Below are positions 1 through 12,468 of a DNA stretch of 64,000 bases, one piece after another. Each line of letters starts with the position of its first letter. The first letter of the stretch is position 1. The translations under genes and the position numbers were made by a program. Under the pieces are notes generated by a model that saw only the letters and a program-made list of their open reading frames with translations, did no database searches and was not told where the DNA came from. The stretch is taken from positions 130,760,001-130,824,000 of the forward strand of contig CM059432.1 of assembly GCA_030390025.1 (NCBI GenBank), in the 5' to 3' direction. Origin of the DNA: Squalus acanthias. Its lineage: Eukaryota.

Positions 1-210
1 AAATGCTGTTAAAATTTCAGACAAATCTGACCTGGAGAAGAGTCAAACTAAAACCTTCGCAGTCTCCCAATAGTAACAGGAAAAGACCTATTTGTGAGAC
101 CATCAGCTTTGTAACCTTATTTTAGTCTGCCATGAGAAACCTACTCATTACGTGGTTTAAAAATGGCACTTGCTTAACAGTCTAACTACATTTCGTACCT
201 CTGTCAATAG

Positions 211-361
211 GCGGCCTGGACATGGCACCCTGATGTTGCCAGGTTTTTGATCGAGAGACACGCTGACGTTAACAAGCCTGATAACTATGGTATAACCCCA
301 CTGCACGTGGCTGCAGCAATAGATTACCCTGAAATGGTTGACTTTCTTCTGGACTGTGATG
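211..361 (+). CDS. TRP-like channel, exon A (ankyrin repeats); gene 5' end lies upstream of the window
   Basis: tcaatag|GCG acceptor; AAWTWHPDVARFLIERHADVNKPDNYGITPLHVAAAIDYPEMVDFLLDCD contains the ankyrin consensus (G.TPLH.AA); G|gtaaga donor, phase 1. Confidence 0.9.
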
Positions 362-811
362 GTAAGATAAATGTTTGCAGGGGTAGCTATAATATGATAG
401 CAGTGCTGTACAAGATTACTAAAGGAGGAAAGCTGTGTTCTTTAACCTGTCACTCACACCGTCACAAATATGTATACCTGTTGGGGCATGTTGATCCAGC
501 TGTTTCATTATTTATTTCACGGTGTCCTTGGGTTTCAGGACTGCAGCTGTTCACACATTGTGAAGGCCTCACCCTATCTGCTATCTCTGGATGTTAGCTG
601 AGAAAACTTTGGTTGGCCTGTGCCCTAAATAGGACCTATGGGTCCAACTGTCCATTCCATTGAGTAAGGACAACCAGATTGAAGGAAGCGGGGAGCGCAG
701 GTCAGCTTAGCATTCCATGACCATTGCAACCTGATGAGCCTCACACATCTACGGCCTGCAAAGGATCAATCATGCAGTATGCAGATACCCTGTGTCCATA
801 CAAGAGTGTTC

Positions 812-955
812 ATGATGCGGAGATGCCGGTTCGGAATCTTGTCTGCTTTCTTGCATCTCTGTAGATACTTGATGTCTGTGTCAATATGCACGATCTTCTT
901 GGAGATTCTCTCCACTTTGAGCCGGCAGTTTGTGGTGTCAATAGTGGTCATGAGT
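812..955 (-). mobile_element. Penelope-like element remnant (ORF N-terminus joined to pLTR end)
   Basis: MTTIDTTNCRLKVERISKKIVHIDTDIKYLQRCKKADKIP joined to ccggcatctccgcatca; the same tgatgcggagatgccgg motif borders the PLE insert at about 38367-38383. Confidence 0.55.
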
Positions 956-1149
956 GTGATCTTGAGTTGTTGCCAGTTGGTTGGTAGAAGAAGAATCAGT
1001 GATGTTTATGCTGGTGCACTGACTTTTCTGCTGTGTAGAACAAAATATTGTGCTAAGATAATGTGATATGCACAGTAAGAATAAAACATAGCCACAATAC
1101 AGTAAGCTGAATCACCGGAATACGTATAACTGTATTCATCCTTTTTTAG

Positions 1150-1311
1150 TGGACAGTGAAGCGAAGACGACTGGAATGCTACAGACGCCAGTGCACTATG
1201 CTGCTAAGTATGATGCTGCTAATTGCCTGAACTGTCTGTTGAAACACGATGCTAACATGAACGCTCGAGACTACAAACAGCGAACCCCTCTGCAACTGGC
1301 AACAGAGCTCG
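1150..1311 (+). CDS. TRP-like channel, exon B (ankyrin repeats)
   Basis: ctttttag acceptor; VDSEAKTTGMLQTPVHYAAKYDAANCLNCLLKHDANMNARDYKQRTPLQLATEL; G|gtaaga donor; phase 1 to 1. Confidence 0.9.
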
Positions 1312-2719
1312 GTAAGATTCACCATTTATTTTCATTAAATTGGCACCTTAGGCGTGGTCTTTCCCATGCCCGACAGCACTAGATGTACCATTCTGTTGGC
1401 CACAAGTACACTGCCATGCAAAATATTTATTTTCTTATCATTTTCATTTGATCTGAGTATCTGGGCCTTCACACCTTGCAGGGGCTATGCTTAGCCTGCT
1501 GCTGGGGGATCCACCTAAAACCGATCCGCCTTCCTCACCCAGCACGGACTTGTGCTACTCACTAACGGCACTGGTGAGGTGGTGCTCAAAATCTCCGTGT
1601 TCTTTAAACTCTCCAACATTAGGTGCGACCTGGAGTAAAACACTCAATTTGTTCAATTTGAGCAGCTGTGAAACGCGAGGCCTTAAAAAAGCAATTTTTT
1701 TTTTTCAGAACTTTTTACTCATGTTTGTTAATCCATTTTGGAGGGGTAGGAATATTCACAGCAGCACCAAAGAAATGTTGCCGTAGCACTTTCTACCAAG
1801 TTATTGGAATCTGTCTACTCTCTTTTAGCAAACAGAAGCAAATAAGCCCCCTAACACTTATTTCAATTATCCTCCTCTGATTTCCTGTGACTCTCGAGGG
1901 AATTTTAACCTTAAAAGAAACGGTTGAGTTTGGAGTGTGGGGGGTAGTTAAATAGTTAAAAATCAGATTCCTGACCCCAACCCGCCCACTTCCGGTGGGA
2001 CGCGAAGCAGGATGGGGGCGGGCAGCCAATCCGCTCCAGGATGCGGGACGTCAATTTAAATATTATAATGAGGCCGGAAGCCGCTTTCTTAACCTCCATT
2101 TTGTTTTTAACTGCATCTGTATGGGTTTTACACACTTCGTAAAACCCGGCAGTTACAGCAATGCGAGGACTGCTGGATCCAGGAAGTAAGAGCCTTTATG
2201 CCTACCTCCTGGATCCAGGGTCCCTACCTAACCCACCCCCCACGATCTGAGACCCCCTCACAAGTCCGCCGATCACCAACCCCCTGTCCCACCACTGATG
2301 ATGCTGAGGCCAGCCACTATCTTTCCTGTTCAGACTAGCTTGTTGTTCAGGTTTGTACAGCGCTGCTCAGACTAACGTCCATCTTTTCCAACACCAGAAC
2401 AGATGGAAACTCTAGCAGCAGGTTGGGAGTAGAAGCAGCTCGCTCCCTTGCCGACCAACTTGCCCCTTCCTTGCTGTGGCGCCAAGAAATAGGGAGGGGG
2501 GGGTCAGAAGAACCCTTGTGGAATTTGTAAAAATGGACAACCCCTAAAAATGGCTCAACTCCTTCTGATAGACGAAGGTACAGGACCAGAAAAGATCATT
2601 GGGTCGATCCCAAATTTCAAAATGTACTATATATCTTTTTATACCCTTTAATCGTTTATTTCACCAGAATCTATTAAGCTCCCTCTAGAATTTGCTGGCA
2701 CTATCTATTGCCCGTGTCT

Positions 2720-3945
2720 ATTTGGATACAGTAACATCGTGGTTATGTTACTGGACTAATGATCCGGAGACATGGGGCGCGATCTTGCCAGCCCTGGGGA
2801 GGCGGGTTTGGAGGCGGGACTGCCGGGAAAATGGCAGAATCTGGGGGCAGGTGCCCATCCCGCCCCCAACCCACCTCCGTGCCATCTTCCCAGGAGGCGG
2901 GTAGCTGATCGGCGCCGGGTCCCGTCTCCTGGAGGCGGGAAGGGGATTACAGCCAGGCAGTTAAGAGGATTATCCCCATTTTTCCAACGGAGGCGCGGGA
3001 TTCCCGACATCGGGAAACCCCACCAGGGTTACCGAGGCGAACAGTGGGTCTGCGGGGGTCTACAGGGTGAAAAAGTGCGCTATGAAGGTAAGTGATGGGT
3101 GCAAGTGTGGAGAGGTAACTATGTGAGGTGAGTGGAAAGTGATAGTAAATGTTTACTTACCTTTGTTTCTTCCTGCAGGCTTCAACAGTTGGGGATGCGG
3201 AGTGTCTCGCATCTCTGCGGCAGAGATGACAGATGGCTGCTGCATTCTCAGATGCAACATCCATCTAATTTCTGCTCACAAAAGAGGTTTGATGAGTCTT
3301 GAATACAAGGACTCATCAAACAACATAGAATGTCAGTGTTTGACAGCTTCACAGCTGTCAAACGATGACAATTCATCTGTCAAAAATTTTTGACAGATGA
3401 AATGTCATACGCTGACATTCTCTGTAACCAGCTTCCCCTTAATTGGCCTGCTAAGCCCGCTGGGCAGGCTTAACAAGGTCAATCAAGGAAAAATAGCGTG
3501 GGTTGGCCGGAAGTCGATGGAGGCGGGACTAAAACCCAAAAAGCAGCTGTCCCGCCTCCAACGCGCCCCCATTGACAAAATCGCCCCCATGAGTTCAAAT
3601 CCCACCACGGCAGCTGGGGAATTTAAATTCAGTTAATTAATAAATCTGGAATAAAAAGCTAGCATCAAGAATGGGGACCATGTAACTACCGGATTGTCGT
3701 AAAAACCCATCTGGTTCACTAATGTCCTTTAGAGAGGGAAATCTGCCGTCCTTACCCGGTCTGGTCTATATGTGACTCCAGACCCACAACAATGTTATTG
3801 ACTCTTAATTGCCCTCTGAAATGGCCTAGCAAGCCACTCAGTTGTGCCAAACCGATGGATCACCACCACCCTCTCGAGGGCAATTAGGGATGGGCAATAA
3901 ATGCTGGCCTTGCCAGCGATGCCCCCATCCTGTGAATGAATTGTT
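2720..3945 (+). mobile_element. tRNA-derived SINE, split by a MITE
   Basis: A-box-like gtggttatgttactgg and B-box agttcaaatccc are separated by the 2775-3588 insert; 3' tail matches the LINE at 41131-42100; related copies at about 20500-20810 (-) and 38290-38958. Confidence 0.7.
2775..3588. mobile_element. Harbinger-type MITE
   Basis: TIRs gggcgcgatcttgcca / gggggcgattttgtca; ATG TSD at 2772-2774 and 3589-3591; removing it restores the SINE head. Confidence 0.8.
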
Positions 3946-3964
3946 AAAAATAAAAGTCAGTTTC

Positions 3965-4420
3965 ACATGTTCACCACTGTCTGTGTGAAGTAGCTAAATC
4001 TAAACTGGTTACCTTCCCCTTTCTGACCCTGAGTCAATGTCCCTGATTAGAGTTTGTGATTCTGTAAAACAATTTATTCGGGATTGTTTGTGTGCTTTAG
4101 GATGTTTGAAAAATTCAGTGAGGTTTCCCATAAGCCGCCTTTTCCTCTGGTCTAAACATTCCCAGCTTCCTGGTCTTTTCTTGTAGCTCAGCTGTCTAAT
4201 CCCTGTGATCAGTTTAGTTGTTGTCATATGTACCTTTTCCAAAAGTTGGGGTGACCAGAATTATGCACAGTACTCCAGATGGGGACAAACTAGTGCTCTA
4301 AATAAGCTCTATGCGCTATCCCTCTGACTCAAATCAAAGTCATTGATCTTAATGATCTAAGATTAAGATCTAAGATCTTGTTTGCCTCTTTTATTACTGT
4401 CACACACTATACTGATGGTT
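3965..4420 (-). mobile_element. degraded CR1 LINE RT C-terminal fragment
   Basis: ORF 4009-4242 (TKLITGIRQLSYKKR...RRLMGNL) resembles the CR1 C-terminus seen in other copies in this window. Confidence 0.65.
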
Positions 4421-5047
4421 TCAACAATTGTCCACCCTCTCATATGTTGCATTCTGTAGTCTACTAGCATTCATTTTACATTCCCACGAGTTATTCCTCT
4501 TCTCCATCTCATCATCTTGGACTTGTTTGCGGTTAATTGCATTTGGCACTCGTCAGCCCAATTCCCCTCGAGATCCACCTGTATTTGGTCCACTTGCCTC
4601 CTGTTATTTGCAGCCTCCCCCATGTACATTAATGGCCGGTAGGGATGCCAGCATTAAAGAAAGTGTAATTACACAGCGTGCCTGATGTGCACTGAAGTAT
4701 GTAGTGTGTGAATGTACAGAAAGCACGATAATATCTGGTACATTCAATATACAAGTGTAAAAATGGCATCACCTGACCACCTCGCCCCCCACCCCGCCCA
4801 GGTTTGTAGGTCATGGAGACTTACATAACTATGTAATTTTGTGGATGAGTTTAGCGTAATACAATTATTGGTGGAGCCAACCCTAAAAAAAAAATTGGAA
4901 TGAGAGTCTGTGCATAATTTCAATAGCTAACTCAAGTATCCTGAGGTCTGGAATGGATTAAATTGTAAATATACTGCAGTATTTTCTGTTTCTACCTAAC
5001 ATTCCTCTGCTCACTAAATCGTTCTCTTTCATGATGTTCCCTCTCAG

Positions 5048-5157
5048 ATCGAACTGAGTCAGCTCGATTGTTACTACAGTTTCAAGCAGATGCAGGAGTT
5101 TATGATAATACAGGACAATTATGCCTGACATTGATGGCTGCAAGCATGCCTCAACTT
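5048..5157 (+). CDS. TRP-like channel, exon C (last, degenerate ankyrin repeat)
   Basis: ctctcag acceptor; DRTESARLLLQFQADAGVYDNTGQLCLTLMAASMPQL; |gtgagt donor; phase 1 to 0. Confidence 0.85.
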
Positions 5158-5216
5158 GTGAGTAAATAGAAATATTAATTGAACATTCGCATGTTTATCA
5201 AAAGGCGTAATACAAT

Positions 5217-5976
5217 GGCCCGGATTTTGCGGTCAGCGGCCACTGGCCCCGAAGAAAGCTGCCCACAAAGATCTTGAGTTCTCTCTCTGTGGTGAGAAGT
5301 TTGGCTTTTTCGACGTGTAGTTGAGATCAGTGTAGGGTAGTGGGAATCCCATAGCGTGAGCTACTGTGCTGTCAACAATCACAATGCAGAATTCTCACAG
5401 ACGGGGAACAGGAGGTGAAGAAGCTGCTTTTATTCTGACTTTTTAAAAATATTAGAGAGAGCAAAACAAAGATTGTGGCTCTCACATGGGGAAAAGGTAA
5501 ACCTGAAATAAATATGAACAAACTTAAAAAAATATTTTTTTAAAATGTCAAAGTTTCTTAAAAATTGTAATATTTATTATTATGTAGAAATTTGACACTG
5601 CACAAAGTTAAAATGAGTTTTTCAGGGTCATAACGTTTGTTTAGCAGTCAATGCGCTGTTAAAACCCCAGTTACACCTAATCCAACAAGGCCTAACATTT
5701 AATGGGGTATTTAACAGTGATATTACTGCGGAAAAGCCCAAGTTTTTGTCAATTTCACTGAATTCCCTGATTACGCTGATTGCCAACTATGGGAGGAGGG
5801 GGCTCCTGGAGGCCACAGCGCAGCCAGTGTCGGAGCAGTGAATGACTGACCGCAACTCCAGGATTTCCACGTTCGGATGCGCATGCGCTAAATCCTGAAG
5901 TTGCAGTCAGTTTCAAAGGGGTTATAATAGCGAACGCTCTTCGTTCGCTGTTATTGCCCACTGCAAATTCCGGGCC
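5217..5976. mobile_element. Harbinger-type MITE
   Basis: TIRs ggcccggattttgcgg / ggcccggaatttgcag; flanks aat/aaa; AT-rich core with GC-rich subterminal regions. Confidence 0.7.
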
Positions 5977-6289
5977 AAAGACATGAGCCTGCTCCACTCT
6001 ATCTCTGTGATCTTCTACCGCCATACGTCTCCTCATGCGCCTTCCACTCCTCTGAAACCAGATTACCATTCATCTGCCTCCTTCCACTCCACCTCCCAAG
6101 GCTGATCTTTCAGTCTCTACACCGCTCCCCTCTGGAATTCTCTCCCAAAAACATTCGCCTGCCTTCAAATGCCTTCTAAAAATCCTTCTTTTTTAGTGCG
6201 CTTTTGTTTTCCCCCGACTAAATTTCTCACTTTTTTTCTTCCTGATTGCCACTTTTTTTTCTTTTACATGAGCAGTGCTATATAAGTGC

Positions 6290-8975
6290 AAGTTGTTGTT
6301 GTCCACCACTTCTCTCCGACCCTTCCATGGTCTCTAAATTTTCAGACTGCTTGTCCAGCACCCAGTACTAGACGAGCAGAAATTTTCTCCAATTAAATAT
6401 TGGGAAGACCGAAGCCGTTGGCCGGAATTTTCCAGTGGGGTCAGTGGGCAGGATTGGTGGCGGGTCGGGTGGGAAAGTGTTTTTTTTTTACAGCGGATCA
6501 GGACCCGCCGTCACGCGCCTTTCCCAATGTCGGGTCTGTCGGCGCTGAGCAGACCCAATGAGCAGCGGCAGGGGGACCCAATTAATCTCATTAACATCTA
6601 GTTGACAGATCATTAACAGGCTTTTTTAACTTACCTTTTCACTTTAACTTCATGGCCATGGGAACCACAATATTCAGGGACCACGGCTGTCAACCTGAGG
6701 CAGGAGTTCAGTGGCCATTGCTCCAGCTGAATACTTGACAGCTTCAAATGTACAGTAAAAGCTCCCACCTGACAGATCATCACTTTCCTCAGCCACAAGC
6801 TGTATCTCAGTCCATTTCCAGCACAGATTCTGCAGGCTTTCCACTTTTTCCACCCAGTATCACCTCATTGGAAGAACTCTCTCACCATTGACAGAATGCT
6901 TCTGCCATCTGTACTTCACCTGCCATCTATTCCATCAACATGGGTACCCTTTATACTGTCTCACCTCGGTCCTCAGAATCCAACCACGATCAACCCCAAC
7001 ACCAGCAGCACCAGGCACACCAGCAGCAGCAACAATAACACCAACCTTCTCCGCAATCACCTGATGCTGCACAGGACAGAGGGCATCAGCACCCGACCAC
7101 ATTGCTGCCCGGGAGGCCAGGGGTGGCCCCACCATAGCCAGATATACTTCAATTGACGCTGTACACCCTGGCTGCCACATGATGCGCCAGGTTGGCACCA
7201 CCCCACACCAACACCATAAAGCATCCCTAGAATGTCCAAGCCATTCATTTCACACTCATCACCATTGCAGGGGATACCGTTATGTCTCACCATTCACTGT
7301 AACTCCCTAAGCCACTTCCAAAGGTGCACACAAATTTGTCCAAGAACGCAAAGTCTTGAAAATAAAGGTTTGAATGTTTGACGGGACATTAACAGAAACT
7401 TCACATGACCATTGGATAAAACATCCAAGTGCCTACCCTTGTGTGTTGTTAGTTGGTATGACTGCATTAGGATGAGGGTGAGTGTGAGGGGTGGCTAATG
7501 AGATGGGGATGTGATAATGTAGATAGAGAGGGATGGGTGGAGGTGCAAGGTATGTTGGTGTGAGTAAGGATGTGTGGGGTAGGGTAGGGAAGGCAGAGTG
7601 ATGGGGATGTGATGAGAGGCACAGCAGGATGAAGGTGAATGTGGCTTTGTACTAACGTTTCGTGATCTAATGAGATCATTGAAAGGTTTGCGCCACTGCA
7701 CCCAGGTCCTCCTGACGATATCCCTGCTTGTGCCCTGTGCAATGTGCAAACAGGCTGTGTTGTTCTCCTGGGGAGGTTTCTTCTGCCCATCGGAAGGGAA
7801 GAGGACCTCCTTGCGCGCTCTGACTCCCTCCATAAGCCTATGGAGGGAGTCATGGGAGAACCTGGGTGCAGCCCTGCACCTCTGTGCAGTGATTGTCAGT
7901 GTTTCCAGCACCTCAATGCTGTAGAACACTGGCAGCACAAATGTCAAGATAAAGTTGGCCATGGTCCCTTTAAGGAAACTGGCTGATGACGCGTCATCAA
8001 ATGACACCACCAGACCCGCTTCCTTTAATTGGCCCGGGAAAGGCGTTGGGCAGGCTTAACAAGCCCCATCAACAAATAGTCATTTCACAGAGTGGGATGG
8101 AGCCAGCAGCGGGGCCGCAACCCGCCACTGACATTGCCCGCCATGGACCCACTGAGGTAGGGAAAATCACAGCCATCGTCTTCAGTCCCTGTCATAAACT
8201 GTTCCCTAGCCACCGACTCCATCCCTCTCCCTGGCAACTGTCTGAGGCTGAACCAGACTGTTCGCAACCTTGGTGTCATATTTGACCCCGAAATGAGCTT
8301 CCAACCACATATCCGCGGCATAACTAAGCCTGCCTATTTCCACCTCTGTAACTTTGCCCGTCTCTGCCCCGCCTCAGCTCTTCTGCTGCTGAAACCCTCA
8401 GTTACCTCTAGACTTGACTATTCCAACGCACCCCTGGCTGGCCTCCCACATTTGACCCTACGTAAATTTGAGGTCATCCAAAACTCAGCTGCCCGTGTCC
8501 TAACTCGCACCAAGTCCCGTTCACCCTGTGCTCGCTGACCTGCATTGGCTCCCGGTTAAGCAACTCCTCGATTTTAAAATTCTCACCCTTGTTTTCAAAT
8601 CCCTCCATGGCCTCGCCCCTCCCTATCTCTGTAATCTTCTTCAACCCCACAACACCCCCGAGATATCTGCGCTCCTCAAATTCTGTCCTCTTGAGCATCC
8701 CTGATTATAATCGCTCAACCATTGGTGGCCGTGCTTTATATTGCTTAGGCCCTAAGCTCTGGAATTCCCTCCCTAAACCTCTCTGCCTCTCTACCTCTTT
8801 TCCCTCCTTTAAGACGCTCCTTAAAACCTACCTCTCTGACCAAGCTTTTGGTCATCTGCCCTAATTTCTCCTTAATATGGCTCGGTGTCAAATTTTTGTC
8901 TGATAATACTCCTGTGAAGCGCCTTGGGACGTTTTACTACGCTAAAGGTGCTACATAAATACAAGTTGTTGTTGT
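6290..8975 (+). mobile_element. L2-clade LINE 3' fragment interrupted by a Harbinger derivative
   Basis: ...attgggaagaccgaagcc | atcgtcttcagtccc... is continuous across the 6420-8174 insert; SRLDYSN / IQNSAARVL motifs; tail ataaatacaagttgttgttgt. Confidence 0.8.
6420..8174 (-). mobile_element. non-autonomous Harbinger deletion derivative with decayed Myb/SANT exon
   Basis: TIRs ggccggaattttcc / ggctgtgattttcc; - strand frame APRFSHDSLHRLMEGVRARKEVLFP...RRTWVQWRKPFNDL (about 7660-7880) is homologous to the Myb exon at 47615-47851. Confidence 0.8.
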
Positions 8976-9084
8976 ACGATTCCACCATATGGTGTGGCAC
9001 TGAGACATACTCGTCAGGAAGGCCTCAAGTTTGGTCCCCTGCTCTGTGCTGAGTTACTTAGGGTGGCAATGAAGTGCTACACTT

Positions 9085-9200
9085 GGTTTCCTACATTACA
9101 ACAGTGACTCCACTTCAAAAGTACTTCATTGGCTGTAAAGTGCTTTGAGACGTCCGGTGGTCATGAAAGGCGCTACATAAATGCAAGTCTTTCTTTCTTA
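9085..9200 (+). mobile_element. SINE 3' part with L2-like tail (resembles DeuSINE/SacSINE type)
   Basis: cacttcaaaagtacttcattggctgtaaag...aaggcgctacataaatgcaag; similar copies at about 9480-9580 (-) and 25310-25520 (+). Confidence 0.6.
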
Positions 9201-9626
9201 GTGTACCTGCGGTGGAGGAGGGGAAAATGAGCCAGATTTGCTGCTCCTGCTTGTTGTCCAGTGACCCTTGCTGTTGGGTGTATACATGTAGAGTAGTCAA
9301 CTAGTGCCCACAGTCTATGAGTACACAAGACGAACGGCTCCTTGGGTTAGGTACCAGAGTGCTACCAGCACCCATGGAATTGTACTCTGGTGTGAGAAGC
9401 CACCTTCATGAAAGGAAGGAAAGAGGGGAGAAAGTTGGAATTTTTTTATATATAATCCCAGAACGTATAAAGAAAGAAAGACATACATTTATATCGTGCC
9501 TTGCACGACGTCAGGACGTTCTTAAGTGCTTTACACTTCAAAAGTACTTCATTGGCTGTAGTCACTGTTGTAATGTGGGAAGCACGCCAATGATGAATAA
9601 AGCATCTTTTTTGCTGAATCCCATAG

Positions 9627-9717
9627 GCAGAAACGGCCTTGGATCAGTTTCTCATTAAGGACAAAGCTAACCGAAAACAATACTTCATGCTGAACATGCT
9701 GATACCCCAACCTTCAG
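9627..9717 (+). CDS. TRP-like channel, exon D (linker)
   Basis: ccatag acceptor; AETALDQFLIKDKANRKQYFMLNMLIPQPS; G|gtgagc donor; phase 0 to 1. Confidence 0.8.
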
Positions 9718-10819
9718 GTGAGCTGACTCATTCATCAATTAAATGAACATGTTGTTTTGCAGCTTGACTCATACAAACAGGCTGAGCCTCGACTGAATAC
9801 TCAGGACCCATGTGCAAGTATTTTGGATCTAAGACTTCCACAATTATCAGGGGACATCTGATTGCTGAACAAGTTAGACTAATGTCCAATCTAATATATA
9901 ACAGGGCTCTCTTAGTCACACGGCAGGCCTCCGATGCAGGCTCCACCTGCATACTTACCATAAACCTCTTTTTACAAGTATGGGTGAAGTGCGTGATATA
10001 ACTGTAGTACCACTTAAACTGTTTATTTAAAACACATGGGAAGCAGGTCATTCAGAATTTGTTAGTGAACAGCGCAGTCCATGTCCTGTGCTGTGCTGCT
10101 TGCCCAGAAGCATCTTTGTTGCTCGTCTCTGAAACCTCTCTAGTGGATCAATAACTTTTTCCAAGACAAGGTGCCCAAAATTGCATGCAAATTTCCAACA
10201 AGTGGCTTCTTCAGAGATCTAGAATAACTTGTGTTGACTGAAATGCATCCCTGTGCATGGGATAGCTTTGCTGATCAGAGCTACACATTAGCTGGCGACT
10301 TTCACTGAACATTCAGCAGCTCCAAATCCTCTTTTCCACCTTTGCTGATGGCCCTTTGTGTTGCTCTTTGTGACCGGTGGGTACCGCATAGAATCTTTGT
10401 TTTGATTTCCCCTCACTTCACCATTGTAATTTAGTTTGTTGTTTTAAGCTAATTTTGTTTCAATATCAGTTTGGGTAGGGCCAACCCAACCTGGAAAACA
10501 ATTCAGTGGTGTCGTGGCTTTAAGGAGTGGTACTTGATTGTGTCCTGGTGAAGCGAGGCTTGCCTGACTCTGCATTTGACCAACCTACTTCACAGTAGGA
10601 CCTCTTCATTGTGTTGCCTTCCAGGACTGGTGGGTCCTGCATGGAATTTTTTGTTTGACTCCCCTGATTTCACAATTTTCATTTAATTTTGCTGCATTCA
10701 TTTATTTTTGGTTTAAATATCAATTTTGGTGGGCCTACCCAACCCAGAAAATGTAGTGGTGTCACCCCTTGATTGTGTCCCATTGACGCGAGGCTTGAGT
10801 GACCCTGTGTTTACACTGA

Positions 10820-12468
10820 TACAAAAAGAAAATACTGCAGATGCTGGAAATCTGAAATAAAAACAGAAAATGCTGGAGATACTCAGCAGGTCAGGCAGCA
10901 TCTGTGAAGAGAGAAACAGAGTTAACGTTTCAGGTCGATGACCTTTCGTCAGAACTGGAAAAAAGCAGGAAATGGAACAGATTTTTAAGCAAGTGTAGGG
11001 GCTGGGAAAGGGGGGAGGGGATGAAAGAACAAAAGGGAAGGTCTGTGATAGGATAGAAGGCAGGAGAGATTAAGAGACATTAAGAGATATTCAAGGCAAG
11101 AGGAGATGGTAATGTGACAGGTTAAGAAACAAAGGATGGCTCTAGATGAAGTGTAAATTGCGCTGGCAGAATGAAAGACAGCTGCCATGTGGGAGAGAAG
11201 AAAAGACACAAACAAAAGGTGTGGATAAAAAATATATATATGATAGGGGCCGAGGTTATGATCTGAAATTGTTGAACTCTATGTTGAGTCCAGAGGGCTG
11301 TAAAGTGCCTAATCGAAAGATGAGGTGCTGTTCCTCGAGCTTACGCTGAGCTTCAGTGGAACAATGCAAGAGGCTGAGGACGGTGAGGTCTGAGTGGGAG
11401 TGGAGTGGAGAATTAAAGTGACAGGTGACCGGAAGCTCGGGGTCCCCCTTATGGACTGAACGGAGGTGTTCCGCAAAGCGGTCACCCAATCTGCGTTTTG
11501 TCTCCCCAATGTAGAGGAGACCACATCGTGAGCAGCGAATACAGTATACTAAATTGCAAGAAGTACAAGTAAATTGCTGTTTCACCTGGAAGGCGTGTTT
11601 GGGGCCCTGGACGATGGGAAGGGAGGAGGTAAAAGGGCAGGTGTTGCATCTCCTGCGCTTGCGCAGGAAGGTGCCGGGCGAAGGGGAGGGGTGTTGGGGG
11701 CGATAGAGGAGTGGACCAGGGTGTCGCGGAGGGAGCGGTCCCTTCGGAATGCTGAAAGGGGAGGTGAGGGGAAGATGCGTTTGGTGGTGAGATCACGCTG
11801 GAGGTGGCGGAAATGGCGGAGGATGATCCGTTGAATGTGGAGGCTGGTGGGGTGAAAGGTGAGGACAAAGGGAACTCTATCGTGGTTCCGGGAGGGAGGG
11901 GCAAGGGTGAGGGTAGAAGTGCAGGAGATAGAATGGACACGGTCAAGGGCCGTGTCAACCACAGTAGAGGGGAATCCTCGGTTGAAAAAAAAGGAAGACA
12001 TGTCGGAAGCACTGGCACTGGCAGATGTGGCGGAGACAGAGAAGCTGGGAGAATGGAATAGAGTCCTTACAGGAAGCGGGGTGGGAGGAAGCGTAGTCCA
12101 AGTAGCTGTGGGAGTCAGTGGGCTTGTAGTGAATGTTTGTCAATAACCTATCCCCAGAGATGGAGACGGAGAAGTCGAGGAAGGGAAGGGAAGAGTCGGA
12201 GATGACCATGTGAAGGTGAGGGAAGGGTGGAAATTGGAAGCAAAATGGATGAAATTATCTAGTTCAGGGTAAGAGCAGGGAACGGCACCGATACAGCCAT
12301 CAATGTACCGGAAAAAGAGGTGAGGGGGGGGCACCTGAGTAGGACTGGAACAAAGAGTGTTCCACATATCCCACAAAAAGGCAGGCATAGCTAGGACCCA
12401 TGCGGATTCCCATAGCAACACCTTTGATTTGGAGGAAGTGAGTGGAGTCAAAGGAGAAGTTGTTCATT
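10820..12468 (-). mobile_element. Penelope-like retroelement, 5'-truncated (RT and GIY-YIG endonuclease, frameshifted)
   Basis: GVAMGIRMGP and FRYIDG RT motifs; NLVYCIRCSRCGLLYIGETKRRLGDRFAEH GIY-YIG domain; pLTR with a hammerhead motif at the 3' end. Confidence 0.9.
10920..10956 (-). ncRNA. minimal type I hammerhead ribozyme (PLE family A)
   Basis: - strand AGUU-CUGACGA-A-AGGUC(AUC)GACCU-GAAACGU-U-AACU: conserved core, stem II, palindromic ACGU stem III, stem I AGUU/AACU. Confidence 0.75.

Noticed and set aside
6990..7060. CAG/CAA-rich tract as a polyQ host exon
   Set aside because: It lies inside the Harbinger derivative, recurs in the second copy at about 40660-40700, and does not fit the channel's exon phases.
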